A DNA stretch of 64,000 nt. Origin: Candidatus Oxydemutatoraceae bacterium. Lineage in GTDB: Bacteria; Pseudomonadota; Gammaproteobacteria; Poriferisulfidales; Oxydemutatoraceae. This document shows, piece by piece, positions 1 through 13,700 of the stretch. The stretch covers positions 338,347 through 402,346 of the forward strand of contig OZ244717.1 of the NCBI GenBank assembly GCA_965218975.1, read 5' to 3'. The notes under the pieces are model-generated. The model made no database searches and was not told the origin of the DNA. It saw only the letters and a program-made list of their open reading frames with translations. Position 1 is the first letter of the stretch; every line of letters starts with the position of its first letter. The position numbers and the translations under genes are program-made.

Positions 1-2
1 AT

Positions 3-1043
3 CAGGATAAAGCTAAGGCAGCTTATCCTGACGATCTGCTTGACTGCTTGCAGAAAGATACGACATGGGTGCGCTCTCACGGTTGGAATCGGCCGCCCGG
101 CAGTCGGCGTGTCTTCTATTGGCGACCATCCAATGCCATATCGGTTGGTGCCCCGAAGGCAAGAACAGCAGCTCGACGCCAGCCACGGGTTGAAGCCATG
201 CTTCTATCTCTCACGAATACCAGCCGCAACGACCACGCGTTGCCGCCGGTGACCAGAACTTTGCCACAGGCAGAATTGCTGCATCGCAATCTCGTCGGTA
301 TTGCAGCTAAGATGCTGAAAGCTCAGCAACAAGAAAAGCATGAGGAATTGCTATCACCTGAACTGACCGGGCGCGACGACAACCGCCGACCGCTTCGAGG
401 ACCGCATGAACACGCACACATCAATCCTCTTGATCTCGACGGCGACGGGCACCTGGACCACATTCTCGTCTGGGCGCCGGGGGGACTCGGTGCCGAAGCC
501 CAGGCGGCCATTCGCGCGGCACGGACAACTTACACCAAGGGCAGCGGCGAACCGCTGCGCCTGGCACCGGCCGTAACAGGTGACCTGCAAAATTTGGCTC
601 GGTTGCCTCTGGAATACGGACAACGTGTCATCCGTCTTGTTTCCCGTTCGGTTTCTTCGGATGGCGCGACGGTTTGGGAATCCCTGACGCCCTTCGTTCC
701 TCCAAGGTATCTCAAACTGCGTGGCAAAAACACATTGGAAGGACAAATACACGCCGAGCTTCAATCGAGAGGATATCCTGAACCAGCCTCGGTGCATCCA
801 TTCGCGCCAATGTTCCGGAATCAAAATGATGCCGTGTCGGCAGGTAGCGCTGCCGGCGAACGAAGCAAAACGACCTGGAGCCGTTTCCGCCATTTCAAGA
901 TCATGCGTCAACGCGGACCGACGCCACCGGTCGTATGCTGGTTTGGCATCCGGCTGGAGTTTGATCGTCCGGTCCGAGGTCCCATAGCGCTTGGATACGC
1001 CTCGCATTTTGGTCTAGGGCTGTTCACTGCTGTTGACCCATAA
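3..1043 (+). CDS. Csb2-family (type I-G/I-U Cas5-Cas6-like RAMP) protein, 5'-truncated by the window edge
   Basis: The frame is open from nt 3 to the stop at 1041-1043, with no stop upstream of the listed TTG at 48. The C-terminal half aligns by eye with the C-terminal half of the Csb2 at 5847-8036: HxH..DxDxDG..V.AP; VWES.[ST]P[FY].P.R; G[YL]P.P; RL.F....V.GPI.LG...H.G.GLF.AV. Confidence 0.6.
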   Translation, partial: QDKAKAAYPDDLLDCLQKDTTWVRSHGWNRPPGSRRVFYWRPSNAISVGAPKARTAARRQPRVEAMLLSLTNTSRNDHALPPVTRTLPQAELLHRNLVGIAAKMLKAQQQEKHEELLSPELTGRDDNRRPLRGPHEHAHINPLDLDGDGHLDHILVWAPGGLGAEAQAAIRAARTTYTKGSGEPLRLAPAVTGDLQNLARLPLEYGQRVIRLVSRSVSSDGATVWESLTPFVPPRYLKLRGKNTLEGQIHAELQSRGYPEPASVHPFAPMFRNQNDAVSAGSAAGERSKTTWSRFRHFKIMRQRGPTPPVVCWFGIRLEFDRPVRGPIALGYASHFGLGLFTAVDP

Positions 1044-1086
1044 ACAGCAGCGTTGAATAGCATTTGACGTATATACTTATCGGAAT

Positions 1087-3839
1087 ATGAAAGATAGTTT
1101 TGAGAAAGATTTCAAAGAGCTGACAGGATTTCCTCCGTTCAAATGGCAGAAACGCCTTTTCTATGAGCGTTTCGCCAAAGGTGATATTCCTTCTGCGCTC
1201 GACATCCCGACAGGTCTCGGCAAGACTTCGGTGATGGTAATCTGGTATTTGGCCCGGAAGGCCAAAGCTGCATTGCCCCGGCGTTTAGTTTATGTGGTTG
1301 ATAGACGGGCAGTCGTTGATCAGGCGACAACTGTGGCCGATGAAATTAAAAAGAAATCAAAGGACGATACATTGCGGGTGAGCACGCTGCGCGGTCAACA
1401 TGTGGATAATCGGGAATGGCTTGCGGACCCAGTTGCGCCGGCCATTATTGTCGGCACCGTTGATATGATCGGCTCACGGCTGTTGTTCTCGGGTTACGGC
1501 GTATCACGCAAGATGCGCCCCTATCATGCGGGTCTGCTCGGAGCGGATACGCTCGTCGTGCTTGACGAAGCGCATTTGGTTCCACCGTTTGAAAAACTTC
1601 TCGAAAAGATTGCGAAGATTGTGAACGGAGCCAACGTATTCGGTCCGCGCGAGCAAGAGGACCGAAGAATAACGCCGCCCCTCAAGTTGCTTTCGCTGTC
1701 GGCTACAGGACGTGAAAATGATCAAAGCAGAAAAGGAGGATTCTCGCTTCTTCGCGAAGACTGGGAAGATGAAGTTGTTAAGAAGCGTCTGGAAGCACGA
1801 AAACGACTTACGATCCAAGTGCTCAATGATGCAGAAAAGCTGGCACAGGAGCTGGCCGAGCGGGCATGGAAACTTGGAGAGAAGCCGGCACGTGTGCTCG
1901 TTTATTGCGATCGCAGAAAAGATGCTGTGGAAGTAAAGAATAAAATTGATAAGAAGTTTGAGAAAGGAACCCCCGAACCTGTTTCCGAACTTTTGGTCGG
2001 CGGGCGGCGTGTGTTTGAGCGGCAAACGCTTTCTGACTGGTTGAAAGAGTACGGTTTCTTTGGCGATGCCAAAGGATCGCCAAAGCAGCCGACTTTTCTG
2101 ATTGCGACCTCAGCCGGTGAAGTAGGCGTTGATCTTGATGCGGACCACATGGTGTGCGATTTGGTCGAGTGGGAGCGCATGGTGCAGCGCCTTGGCCGTG
2201 TGAATCGGCGCGGCAACGGGGATGCCCGTATTGAGGTCGTTGCCGCGCCCCGCACGGAAAAGCCCAGCAATCAAAAAAAGGCCAAAGAGTGGGAGAAACT
2301 CTTGGCCTGTTTCCGCAAGCCGCTGGACAGCCTGCGTTGTGTCGGCGTACAGGACGAACGGGACGCGAGCCCGGGTGCGCTCCTGGAACTCAAAGAACGC
2401 GCGGAAAATCATTCGGAACTACGAAACGCGATTGAAGCGGCAACAACACCGGTCCCGTTGCGGCCGGCATTGACTCGTGCCCTCGTTGATGCGTGGTCTA
2501 TGACCTCGTTGGACGAGCATACGGGGCGACCGGACGATATTCAGCCGTGGCTGCGCGGATGGGAGGAAGATCCACAACCGCAAACTACGGTTGTCTGGCG
2601 CAAGTATCTGCCGGTACGCGCAAATGGGACCGAGACGGAGGCAACGAAGAAAGAAATTGAAGCATTTTTTGAAGCAGCGCCTCCGCATACGAGCGAGAAA
2701 CTTGAAATCGAGACTGGTAAAATTGTTGGATGGTTTTCCGAACGTGCCGAGAAACAATTCCAAATAAAGAAAACCGTCGACTCGGCGGCAGAACCAAGCG
2801 AATCCGACGACAACTCCATCGCAGATATTCAACCGTTACTGAAGAAAGATATTTGTGCCTATGTCCTGTCGCCTGCTCACGATTTGCTCTCTATACTTAA
2901 AGGGCATGACTGCGATAATAATACGAAGGTTAAAGAATACATTCTTCCCGGTTCCACGCTCATAGTGGACGCGCGCTTTGGTGGTCTTTCAGAAGAAGGG
3001 ATGCTTGCAGAAGAGGGGATGCTTGATGAGAATGCTAGCGGTCCGCCGCGCACGATTGACGACGATGAAAATTGGCTGCCTGACGATGGAGAGGGCAAGC
3101 CAACCATAAGGTTCCGTGTGCGACACGTTACTGGCGTTACTGAAAGTGACAGCACCGAGTCAAAACCAGACTCAGGTTGGCGGGAGCGGCTGAGGTTTGA
3201 TCTTAAACGTAGCGAGGAAGGCGAAGCTACCAAGTGGCTGCTCGTTGAGAAATGGCGCGACGACTCCGAAACCGGGGACGACCGTTCCATAGGTAGGTTG
3301 CAAGAATTGTGTGAGCATCACGCCTGGACGGAAGCCAAGGCGCGTAAAATAGCCAACGCTTTAGATCTGCCTGACTCCCACATTGAATTGCTAGCCGTTG
3401 CGGCACGACTGCACGATAAAGGAAAGCAACACTCATTGTGGCAACGGGCTGCCAAGGCCCCGCAGGACGGTAAAATTTATGCAAAGACGGATAAACGGAT
3501 GAATGTTAATTTGCTGAATAAATATCGTCATGAATTCGGCTCGCTTCCGTTCGCTAAAGAAGATGCAGATTTTAAGGCTTTGCCTGCTGACTTGCAGGAA
3601 CTTTCTCTGCATTTGATCGCGACACATCACGGTTATGCGCGGCCTGTCATTTCTACTAGCGGTTGCGACGACCCTCCTTCTGTTCTTGAAAAACGCGCCC
3701 GCGATGTTGCACTACGATTCGCCCAAATGCAGAAGCGATGGGGGCCTTGGGGATTGGCCTGGTGGGAATCATTGTTGCGCGCCGCAGACCAACAAGCCTC
3801 ACGCGATAATGATGACCCCAATCGAAAGAAGGATAACTA

Positions 3840-3840
<1 letters not shown>
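1087..3840 (+). CDS. cas3: Cas3 helicase-nuclease, type I-G/I-U architecture (SF2 helicase N-terminal, HD nuclease C-terminal)
   Basis: Walker A DIPTGLGKTS and DEAH box VLDEAH lie in the N-terminal half. The C-terminal HD-domain signature is LHDKGK...RHEFGS...ATHHGYARP. The gene sits at the head of a cas operon, and its stop overlaps the next start by 1 nt. Confidence 0.9.
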
Positions 3841-5814
<1,974 letters not shown>

Positions 5815-5846
5815 CAAGAATCTCATTTAAGTTTCTTGAGTTAACT

Positions 5847-8036
5847 ATGAATCGGACACTTCTCCTCTCGGCTTATTTTCATGACGGTCGCTATCACGGT
5901 GAATGTGGGCATGGCAGCAGCGAGTGGCCTCCAGCACCGGCGAGACTATTTCAGGCGCTGGTTGCCGGTGCCGCAAGAGGTGCCGAATTAGCTGGCAGGG
6001 ACGAAACGGCGCTTGAATGGCTTGAGAAGCTTGGAGCACCGGTGATTGCCGCACCAACCGTTCGCCGGGGCCAACTCTACAAAATCTATGTGCCGAATAA
6101 CGATCTCGACGCGGTCGGCGGTGACCCGAGGAAAATCAACCAGATTCGAGTCGGGAAGTACGTACATCCACATATTTTCGATGCGAGAATACCACTACTC
6201 TTCGTCTGGACATTCAATAGCGGTGCATTCAGCGAAGATCATGCTCAAGCCGTCTGCCAAATCGCGGAGCAACTCTATCAATTGGGGCGAGGCATTGACA
6301 TGGCTTGGGCTTCGGCAGAGCTTCTGGACGCAGGCGAAGTTGAAACACGCCTCAATCGTCATGGCGGTGTTGTGTATCGGCCGAGCAAAGCTGGAGTCGG
6401 CAAGATGTTGTTGTTCTGTCCAAAGAAAGGATCATTTGCGAGCCTCAAAGAGCGATACGATGCGAACAGGAAACGCTTCACCTATATAAGAAAGGGTAGG
6501 GGGTTTCAGCAACTTTTCTCTCAGCCACCTAAGCCACGGTTTGCCAGGGTCGCGTATAACGCTCCACCTCAGCGTTTTCTATTTGAGCTACGTGCAGCTA
6601 CGCACAATGAATCTTTTGTGACATGGCCATCCGCTCGAACGGTTGAGCTCGTTGTAGCTTTGCGGGATAAAGCAGCTGATAAATTGAAAGACAAACTACC
6701 CGAAGAGGCTGGAAAGATTGACCGCGTATTTATAGGCTGTGAGGCAACGGAGGCAGACAAAGCTGCCCGGATACGGATTTTACCGCTTCCTTCTATTGGT
6801 CATATCCATGCGGATCGTGCGATTCGCCGGGTACTGGTTGAAGTACCGCCAAATTGCCCGCTACGCTCGGATGACGTAGCTTGGACATTTTCCGGCCTTC
6901 CTGAGGTTGACCGAACGACCAGAGAAATCCTATGGAATCTTGTGCAGACACAAGAACGGATGATGCTCAAACACTATGGAATTAATAGCAGTAAACAACA
7001 GAGCTTCCGTGTCTGGCATACGGTTACTCCCGCGGCTCTGCCGGTCATGCGGACAGGACGCAGAAATTCCGGAGCCAAACGTGTTGCAAGGGAAGCGAAA
7101 GTAACTCGCGCTGTTATGCAAGCGCTACGTCATGCCGGAGTGACAGAACCGGTAGAGTCTGTTCGCGTGCAACGCGAACCGTTTGATCGCAATGGTTCCC
7201 GGGCAGAAGAGTTTGCGATACCCGAGCGATTTGTCGCACGTGGTCTACATCACGTGGAGATTACTTTTGCGCGAGCCATACGCGGTCCTCTTATTATCGG
7301 GAACGGCCGCTATCTTGGGCTAGGGCTGATGGCGCCGCGAGAGATCGTCGTGCGTGACGCGCTGGCTTTTCCAATAACGCCAAATATCGCTGTCGCCGAT
7401 ACTGCGCTGTTGTTACGTTCGGTCAGGCGCGCATTGATGGCATTGTCGCGAGACGGTGCTAATGGGCATGTCCCTCGACTTTTCTCCGGGCATGAGCCCG
7501 ATGGCGCACCGGCAAAATCCGGTGGACATGATCATATTTTTCTTGCCGCGGATGACGTTGACAGAGACGGACTCATTGAGCGGTTGATTGTTGCTGCGCC
7601 ATGGGTTTGCGACCACACCACCAAGGAAACTCTTAAGGATCGCACTTGCTTTGATAGAGTATCCAGGCAGTTAACCAACGTTCGAGCCGGCAGACTCGGC
7701 ATTCTTACTATTGGTCCCGCACAGACTCTGACGGTCGGCGACCCACTTGTCGGGCCTGCCTGCGTATGGGAAAGTCGTAGCCCTTATCGCCCGACACGCC
7801 ATGCCGGGCGAGGCAAAGATTTAGATGCTGCTGTCGCACGCGACATAATCGCCGAATGCGAACGTCGCGGCTTGCCTAAGCCTGAAGTCGAATTGTTAGA
7901 GCTCAACGCCGGTCCAAACGGCGGCAATCTAACTGCTCGCGCACGTCTTCGTTTTGCTGTAGCAGTTACGAAACCGATCATGCTCGGATGTGACAGCCAC
8001 AGAGGCGGAGGCCTTTTTTCCGCCGTGAGCGGATAA
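5847..8036 (+). CDS. csb2: Csb2 (Cas5-Cas6 fusion RAMP of type I-G/I-U)
   Basis: The N-terminus MNRTLLLSAYFHDGRYHG....EWPPAPARLFQALVAGA matches my recollection of the Csb2 (GSU0054) family N-terminal signature. Glycine-rich RAMP loops are GNGRYLGLGLMAP and HRGGGLFSAV. The listed ORF starts at 5811. Confidence 0.8.
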   Translation: MNRTLLLSAYFHDGRYHGECGHGSSEWPPAPARLFQALVAGAARGAELAGRDETALEWLEKLGAPVIAAPTVRRGQLYKIYVPNNDLDAVGGDPRKINQIRVGKYVHPHIFDARIPLLFVWTFNSGAFSEDHAQAVCQIAEQLYQLGRGIDMAWASAELLDAGEVETRLNRHGGVVYRPSKAGVGKMLLFCPKKGSFASLKERYDANRKRFTYIRKGRGFQQLFSQPPKPRFARVAYNAPPQRFLFELRAATHNESFVTWPSARTVELVVALRDKAADKLKDKLPEEAGKIDRVFIGCEATEADKAARIRILPLPSIGHIHADRAIRRVLVEVPPNCPLRSDDVAWTFSGLPEVDRTTREILWNLVQTQERMMLKHYGINSSKQQSFRVWHTVTPAALPVMRTGRRNSGAKRVAREAKVTRAVMQALRHAGVTEPVESVRVQREPFDRNGSRAEEFAIPERFVARGLHHVEITFARAIRGPLIIGNGRYLGLGLMAPREIVVRDALAFPITPNIAVADTALLLRSVRRALMALSRDGANGHVPRLFSGHEPDGAPAKSGGHDHIFLAADDVDRDGLIERLIVAAPWVCDHTTKETLKDRTCFDRVSRQLTNVRAGRLGILTIGPAQTLTVGDPLVGPACVWESRSPYRPTRHAGRGKDLDAAVARDIIAECERRGLPKPEVELLELNAGPNGGNLTARARLRFAVAVTKPIMLGCDSHRGGGLFSAVSG

Positions 8037-8521
8037 GCGCATAGAACTGTTGCCGAGACGAGCGTGTGAACACCTGCTATGGTGGCGCCCTAATTTGATT
8101 TTCCCTTTACAGGTTCCAAAACCCCTTTTGGCTATAATAGATACTATTATTAACGTATTAACGGCATCCTCGCGAGGACGATTATGGTCGGAGCTATCAA
8201 GCTCGGATCAGTTGGTTATGGACGCAACCAAGTAAACCGGAGTGTTTTTGTCGTTTGCCACCGAAACAGACTGATCATTGGACAACAATCGGAAAATCTG
8301 GTGAAAAAATATTGATTTACCAACAGGATATTGTGAAATATATACTAATTAGATTAGAAGAGGGGAATTTCGGCAATTCTTATCTAGTATCGGCTCGGGC
8401 GAAAATGATTCAGAGCGATGTCTTTTACGGAGTAATGAAAAGCCTTGCGAGAAAGAAAAAAGGTTGCCGGTCACGCTATCGTGATTGGTCGAAATAAAAC
8501 CCGTCGATTGCGCTTAGCGCA

Positions 8522-10243
8522 ATGCTCATGCCAAGACAAGTGATCCAACAGGAATTACCCCTGCCTTTTCCAAAGCTTGGCGCAGACATGCCATTATTGC
8601 CGGCGCGTATGGTGAATGAGTACGAATATTGCCCGCGTCTCGCTTATCTGGAGTGGGTACAAAAAGAATGGGCAGATTCGTCGGATACCGTCGAGGGCAA
8701 GTATCGGCATCGTCGCGTCGATAGATTCGGGGGCAATTTGCCGGACCCGGAGCAGGTGGCGGCAGACGAAACATTTCACGCGCGTTCGATTACTTTGTCC
8801 TCGAATCAACTCGGGGTTATTGCAAAACTTGATTTGGTGGAAGGGGAAGGCAATGCCGTTATCCCTGTAGATTATAAAAAGGGGAAACGCCCCCATGTGG
8901 CACGAGGTGCATACGATCCCGAACGTGTTCAACTATGCCTGCAGGGCATGTTGTTGGAAGAGCACGGTTATGAATGTGCGGAGGGGATCTTGTATTACGC
9001 GGAATCGAAGGAACGGATACGTGTGATCTTTGATAAAGAATTGAAAAACAAAACCCTGTCCGCAGTCTCTAGCCTGCGCCTCATGGCTGCCGGCAAAAAA
9101 ATGCCGCCGCCTTTGGAAGACAGCCCTAAATGCCCGCGTTGTTCTTTGGTTGGCATCTGCCTTCCGGATGAAGTTAACTTTTTGAAGTATATGAAAACAC
9201 CGCCGAGACCTCTAAGTGTCGCGCAGGACGACAGCCTTCCGGTATATGTGCAGGCCAACCGCGCCTCTGTCAAAAAGGCAGGAGAGACTCTGGAAATCCT
9301 GGTTGAGGATAAGTTAGTCAAGAAAGCCCGTTTGCCGGAGGTTTCGCAAGTAGTCTTAATGGGCAATGTATATCTCACCACTCCCGCTTTGTGCGAACTC
9401 ATGCGCCGGGAAATTCCGATCACTTGGCATTCCTTTGGCGGCTGGTTTCTGGGGCATACCATTGGCACCGGACACAAAAATGTCGAGCTGCGCACGGCAC
9501 AGTTCAAGGCCAGTTTTGATGAACAGGTGTGTCTGACTTTGTCTAAAGGGTTCGTGCGCGCCAAGATTCAGAATTGTCGCATCATGATGCGGAGAAACTG
9601 GAAGCTGAAAGATAAGCCTGCCAGACTGTACCGTGCATTTCACCAAGATGCTAACCGGTCTGACCGTGTGTCTTCAATAACCGAATTATTGGGTGTGGAG
9701 GGTAATGCGGCAGCGCGATATTTCGGTGAATTTCAAAATTTGATCAAGCGGGAAAAGGACACGGATCAATTTATTTTTGAGTTTGAGAAGCGCAACCGTC
9801 GTCCGCCGGCAGACCCAGTCAATGCTTTATTGTCATACGCTTATAGCCTTTTAACACGTACCTGGACGGTTACCCTTACTGCGGTAGGGTTTGATGCATA
9901 CCGTGGATTTTTTCATCAGCCCCGCTATGGCCGTCCGGCGCTGGCGCTGGATATGATGGAACCCTTTCGTCCTTTGGTTGCCGATTCCACAGTGTTGATG
10001 GCAATTAACAACGGTGAAGTTCGTCCGGGCGATTTCATATCTGCGGCTGGTAGCTTCAATCTGACGCCTGCAGGAAGAAAACGGTTTATCGGAACATTTG
10101 AACGGCGACTGAGTCAGGAAATTATTCACCCGCTGTTCGGCTATAAAATCAGTTACCGCCGCCTGTTTGAGGTGCAAGCCAGACTGTTGGCTCGATTCCT
10201 TCTTGGCGAGTTGATTGAGTTTCCCCAATTTACCACGCGGTGA
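8522..10243 (+). CDS. cas4/cas1: Cas4-Cas1 fusion protein
   Basis: The N-terminal Cas4 part has EYCPRLAYLEW and the C-terminal cysteine cluster CPRCSLVGIC (RecB-like nuclease with an Fe-S cluster). The following ~340 aa are a Cas1-like integrase part (NALLSYAYSLL..., EPFRPLVAD). This fusion is typical of type I-U/I-G. Confidence 0.9.
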   Translation: MLMPRQVIQQELPLPFPKLGADMPLLPARMVNEYEYCPRLAYLEWVQKEWADSSDTVEGKYRHRRVDRFGGNLPDPEQVAADETFHARSITLSSNQLGVIAKLDLVEGEGNAVIPVDYKKGKRPHVARGAYDPERVQLCLQGMLLEEHGYECAEGILYYAESKERIRVIFDKELKNKTLSAVSSLRLMAAGKKMPPPLEDSPKCPRCSLVGICLPDEVNFLKYMKTPPRPLSVAQDDSLPVYVQANRASVKKAGETLEILVEDKLVKKARLPEVSQVVLMGNVYLTTPALCELMRREIPITWHSFGGWFLGHTIGTGHKNVELRTAQFKASFDEQVCLTLSKGFVRAKIQNCRIMMRRNWKLKDKPARLYRAFHQDANRSDRVSSITELLGVEGNAAARYFGEFQNLIKREKDTDQFIFEFEKRNRRPPADPVNALLSYAYSLLTRTWTVTLTAVGFDAYRGFFHQPRYGRPALALDMMEPFRPLVADSTVLMAINNGEVRPGDFISAAGSFNLTPAGRKRFIGTFERRLSQEIIHPLFGYKISYRRLFEVQARLLARFLLGELIEFPQFTTR

Positions 10244-10247
10244 GACA

Positions 10248-10538
10248 TTGGAAGAACATCTTTATGTCATTGCTTATGACATTTCCGATCAAGCAAGGGG
10301 GCGCCTGATATTCAAACTGCTGCATGGTTATGGGGAATGGTTGCAAATGTCTGTCTTTCAATGCCGGCTATCCCGTCGTCGTCATGCGGAATTGATTGCC
10401 ATGCTGGACGAAATTATCCACCACACGGAAGATCATGTTATGCTGATGGACCTGGGATTAGCGGATTCGGTTAAACCGAAAATTGTAAGTCTAGGCAAAG
10501 GTTTTCAACCGGTGGAAAGGGAACCGATTATTGTCTGA
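10248..10538 (+). CDS. cas2: Cas2
   Basis: LYVIAYDISD....R......L..YGEWLQMSVFQCRL is the Cas2 beta1/ferredoxin-fold signature. The likely TTG start at 10248 lies just after the cas1 stop (10241-10243); the listed ORF starts at 10215. Confidence 0.85.
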   Translation: MEEHLYVIAYDISDQARGRLIFKLLHGYGEWLQMSVFQCRLSRRRHAELIAMLDEIIHHTEDHVMLMDLGLADSVKPKIVSLGKGFQPVEREPIIV

Positions 10539-10749
10539 TGTTCTTCCGTTCTTCATAACTCCCGCGAGAGCCTAGGTGATGAACGTTTGTCCGGGCAGTG
10601 CTCGCATAAAAATGTTCTTTGACAATCAGTATCTTACAGGTGACATCTTGCAAAAAAAATACAAGAAACACGACAGTGTTATGATGCATTTAGACCTCTC
10701 GAAATGGCTTTCTATAATCTTTGCCAAACAATAGGTTATGGGATGTGCT
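10539..10749 (+). promoter_or_regulatory. CRISPR leader with a candidate promoter (TTAGAC 10690-10695, 17 nt spacer, TATAAT 10713-10718)
   Basis: An AT-rich 211 bp non-coding stretch lies between cas2 and the first repeat. A perfect -10 hexamer sits 32 bp upstream of repeat 1, with a weak -35 at 17 bp spacing. Confidence 0.5.
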
Positions 10750-13700
10750 GTATTCCGTAGCTATATGCTACGGCCTCATTGAAGCATCTCCATTTTATAC
10801 GCGGCAGAATTACCGCGTGATGTATTCCGTAGCTATATGCTACGGCCTCATTGAAGCGATATGGCCACATTCGGCGATGAGGACGATGACATCAGTATTC
10901 CGTAGCTATATGCTACGGCCTCATTGAAGCTAGAAGTAGTGGTTTTATACCTTGATAGAAGTTTTGTTGTATTCCGTAGCTATATGCTACGGCCTCATTG
11001 AAGCCGACACTGTATGTGATCGCGAGCTACTCTGTGACACGTATTCCGTAGCTATATGCTACGGCCTCATTGAAGCGAGAATAATGAAAAGTAAGATGAA
11101 AACACCTGCTTATGTATTCCGTAGCTATATGCTACGGCCTCATTGAAGCTTTTGCAGCAAGCTGCTAAAATTATGATAACAGATTGTATTCCGTAGCTAT
11201 ATGCTACGGCCTCATTGAAGCTTCTAAGTTCGGCTTCCATCATTTGTTGAGCACCTGGTATTCCGTAGCTATATGCTACGGCCTCATTGAAGCATCTACA
11301 AGTCGCTCGCATCTCCGCACGTCATCGGCGTATTCCGTAGCTATATGCTACGGCCTCATTGAAGCAGCACCGGTAGTTTCTGTTGAAGAACTTGCTATGA
11401 AGTATTCCGTAGCTATATGCTACGGCCTCATTGAAGCCAATGCCAAAGACCTAATGCACCATGTCATTAGATGTATTCCGTAGCTATATGCTACGGCCTC
11501 ATTGAAGCATCGACCAGCCGCTCGCATTTCTGCACGTCATCGGCGTATTCCGTAGCTATATGCTACGGCCTCATTGAAGCGAGATAACCGTCAGTAATTC
11601 CGCAAAGAATTTTGTGGTATTCCGTAGCTATATGCTACGGCCTCATTGAAGCGATTACTTGGGCACAAGAAACGAAAGCAGCATATCGTATTCCGTAGCT
11701 ATATGCTACGGCCTCATTGAAGCGAATTTTCAAGCGTTTGCGTGTACCAGATATGCCGGGTATTCCGTAGCTATATGCTACGGCCTCATTGAAGCCGTAC
11801 AGGCAGTCACGCATCGGAGATCGGCATCGCGGTATTCCGTAGCTATATGCTACGGCCTCATTGAAGCGAGAGGTTAGCTGCACCTGCCGACTGGAAAGAA
11901 TCAAGTATTCCGTAGCTATATGCTACGGCCTCATTGAAGCTCGAGTTATCTTCGCGTTAGTCGGGTCAAAAAATAGTATTCCGTAGCTATATGCTACGGC
12001 CTCATTGAAGCCTGCAATTCAACCTGCAAACCGTTTTTTACAATGCGGTATTCCGTAGCTATATGCTACGGCCTCATTGAAGCTGCCGCAAGTGTCGGGT
12101 TGCCGAAGTCGTTAAATGCGTATTCCGTAGCTATATGCTACGGCCTCATTGAAGCTTTACCCCGCTCCACAATGGCCATGATTGCTGCGTAGTATTCCGT
12201 AGCTATATGCTACGGCCTCATTGAAGCTGCGGGTCGCCGACGCAAGAAAAAAGGTTGCATTAGGTATTCCGTAGCTATATGCTACGGCCTCATTGAAGCT
12301 TGGCGGGACGCAACTAAGTCGACCGAAGGGTTAGGTATTCCGTAGCTATATGCTACGGCCTCATTGAAGCTGGGCTGTACCCTGACGACTCCTGCGAATT
12401 TGATGATGTATTCCGTAGCTATATGCTACGGCCTCATTGAAGCGCGGTAAACGCTAACTCCATGTTCAGCTAATCGGCTGCGTATTCCGTAGCTATATGC
12501 TACGGCCTCATTGAAGCCTCACTGCCTTCGTTTCCTTCCAGCATAATTACAGCGTATTCCGTAGCTATATGCTACGGCCTCATTGAAGCTATATTTTTTT
12601 TCTACATCTTCCATGTTTTATCTCCGTATTCCGTAGCTATATGCTACGGCCTCATTGAAGCCCACGATTATCTTTGTGTTGCGAATGATTGCCGAGGTAT
12701 TCCGTAGCTATATGCTACGGCCTCATTGAAGCCGGTGTAAAATCATCCATCAAAATAACGGTCTTGCTGTATTCCGTAGCTATATGCTACGGCCTCATTG
12801 AAGCAAGAAATTGAACATCGGCTACAGCTATGATACCTGACGTATTCCGTAGCTATATGCTACGGCCTCATTGAAGCTGTTTTGTAGTAGTGCATTGTTA
12901 GCAGTTCGTTTGTGTATTCCGTAGCTATATGCTACGGCCTCATTGAAGCTTCTCCAATAACTGTTGGGTCAGGCACAAGGCCTGCGTATTCCGTAGCTAT
13001 ATGCTACGGCCTCATTGAAGCTAGTAAGATCATTAGTTCTGCTGTTTTGAGATTCCGGTATTCCGTAGCTATATGCTACGGCCTCATTGAAGCTGCAAGA
13101 GCTAATTGAAGGTGGAAAAAATGGCAGGTGTATTCCGTAGCTATATGCTACGGCCTCATTGAAGCAACGTTACACAGAATTAGTTGTATAGACTTATTAG
13201 GGTATTCCGTAGCTATATGCTACGGCCTCATTGAAGCCCACGATTATCTTTGTGTTGCGAATGATTGCCGAGGTATTCCGTAGCTATATGCTACGGCCTC
13301 ATTGAAGCCGGTGTAAAATCATCCATCAAAATAACGGTCTTGCTGTATTCCGTAGCTATATGCTACGGCCTCATTGAAGCTCATTGACTCGGGATATGGA
13401 CGTCCTCGATTCTTTAGTATTCCGTAGCTATATGCTACGGCCTCATTGAAGCTATGCAAAAGATACCGAAGAATACAATAATTTGAAGTATTCCGTAGCT
13501 ATATGCTACGGCCTCATTGAAGCTTTGAAGATCAATATGTATTCAATCGTTAAGTTGGGGTATTCCGTAGCTATATGCTACGGCCTCATTGAAGCACATT
13601 GGATAGTGCTGCGATTGAGCCTTTTATGAGAGGTATTCCGTAGCTATATGCTACGGCCTCATTGAAGCCCATTCTCCAAAGCTGCCGCGAGAAACCCGTT

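Noticed and set aside
354-1007. A 217 aa minus-strand ORF, plus many 60-230 aa antisense ORFs within cas3, csb2, the RND pump, the GHKL gene and others
   Set aside because: They overlap strongly supported genes on the opposite strand and have no motifs. This is typical of spurious antisense ORFs in moderately GC-rich coding DNA.
8050-8497. Small ORFs of 61 aa and 80 aa in the csb2/cas4-cas1 gap as possible accessory or anti-CRISPR-type genes
   Set aside because: No RBS is evident, one uses a non-ATG start, and the composition looks non-coding. The region is kept only as an unexplained gap in the findings.
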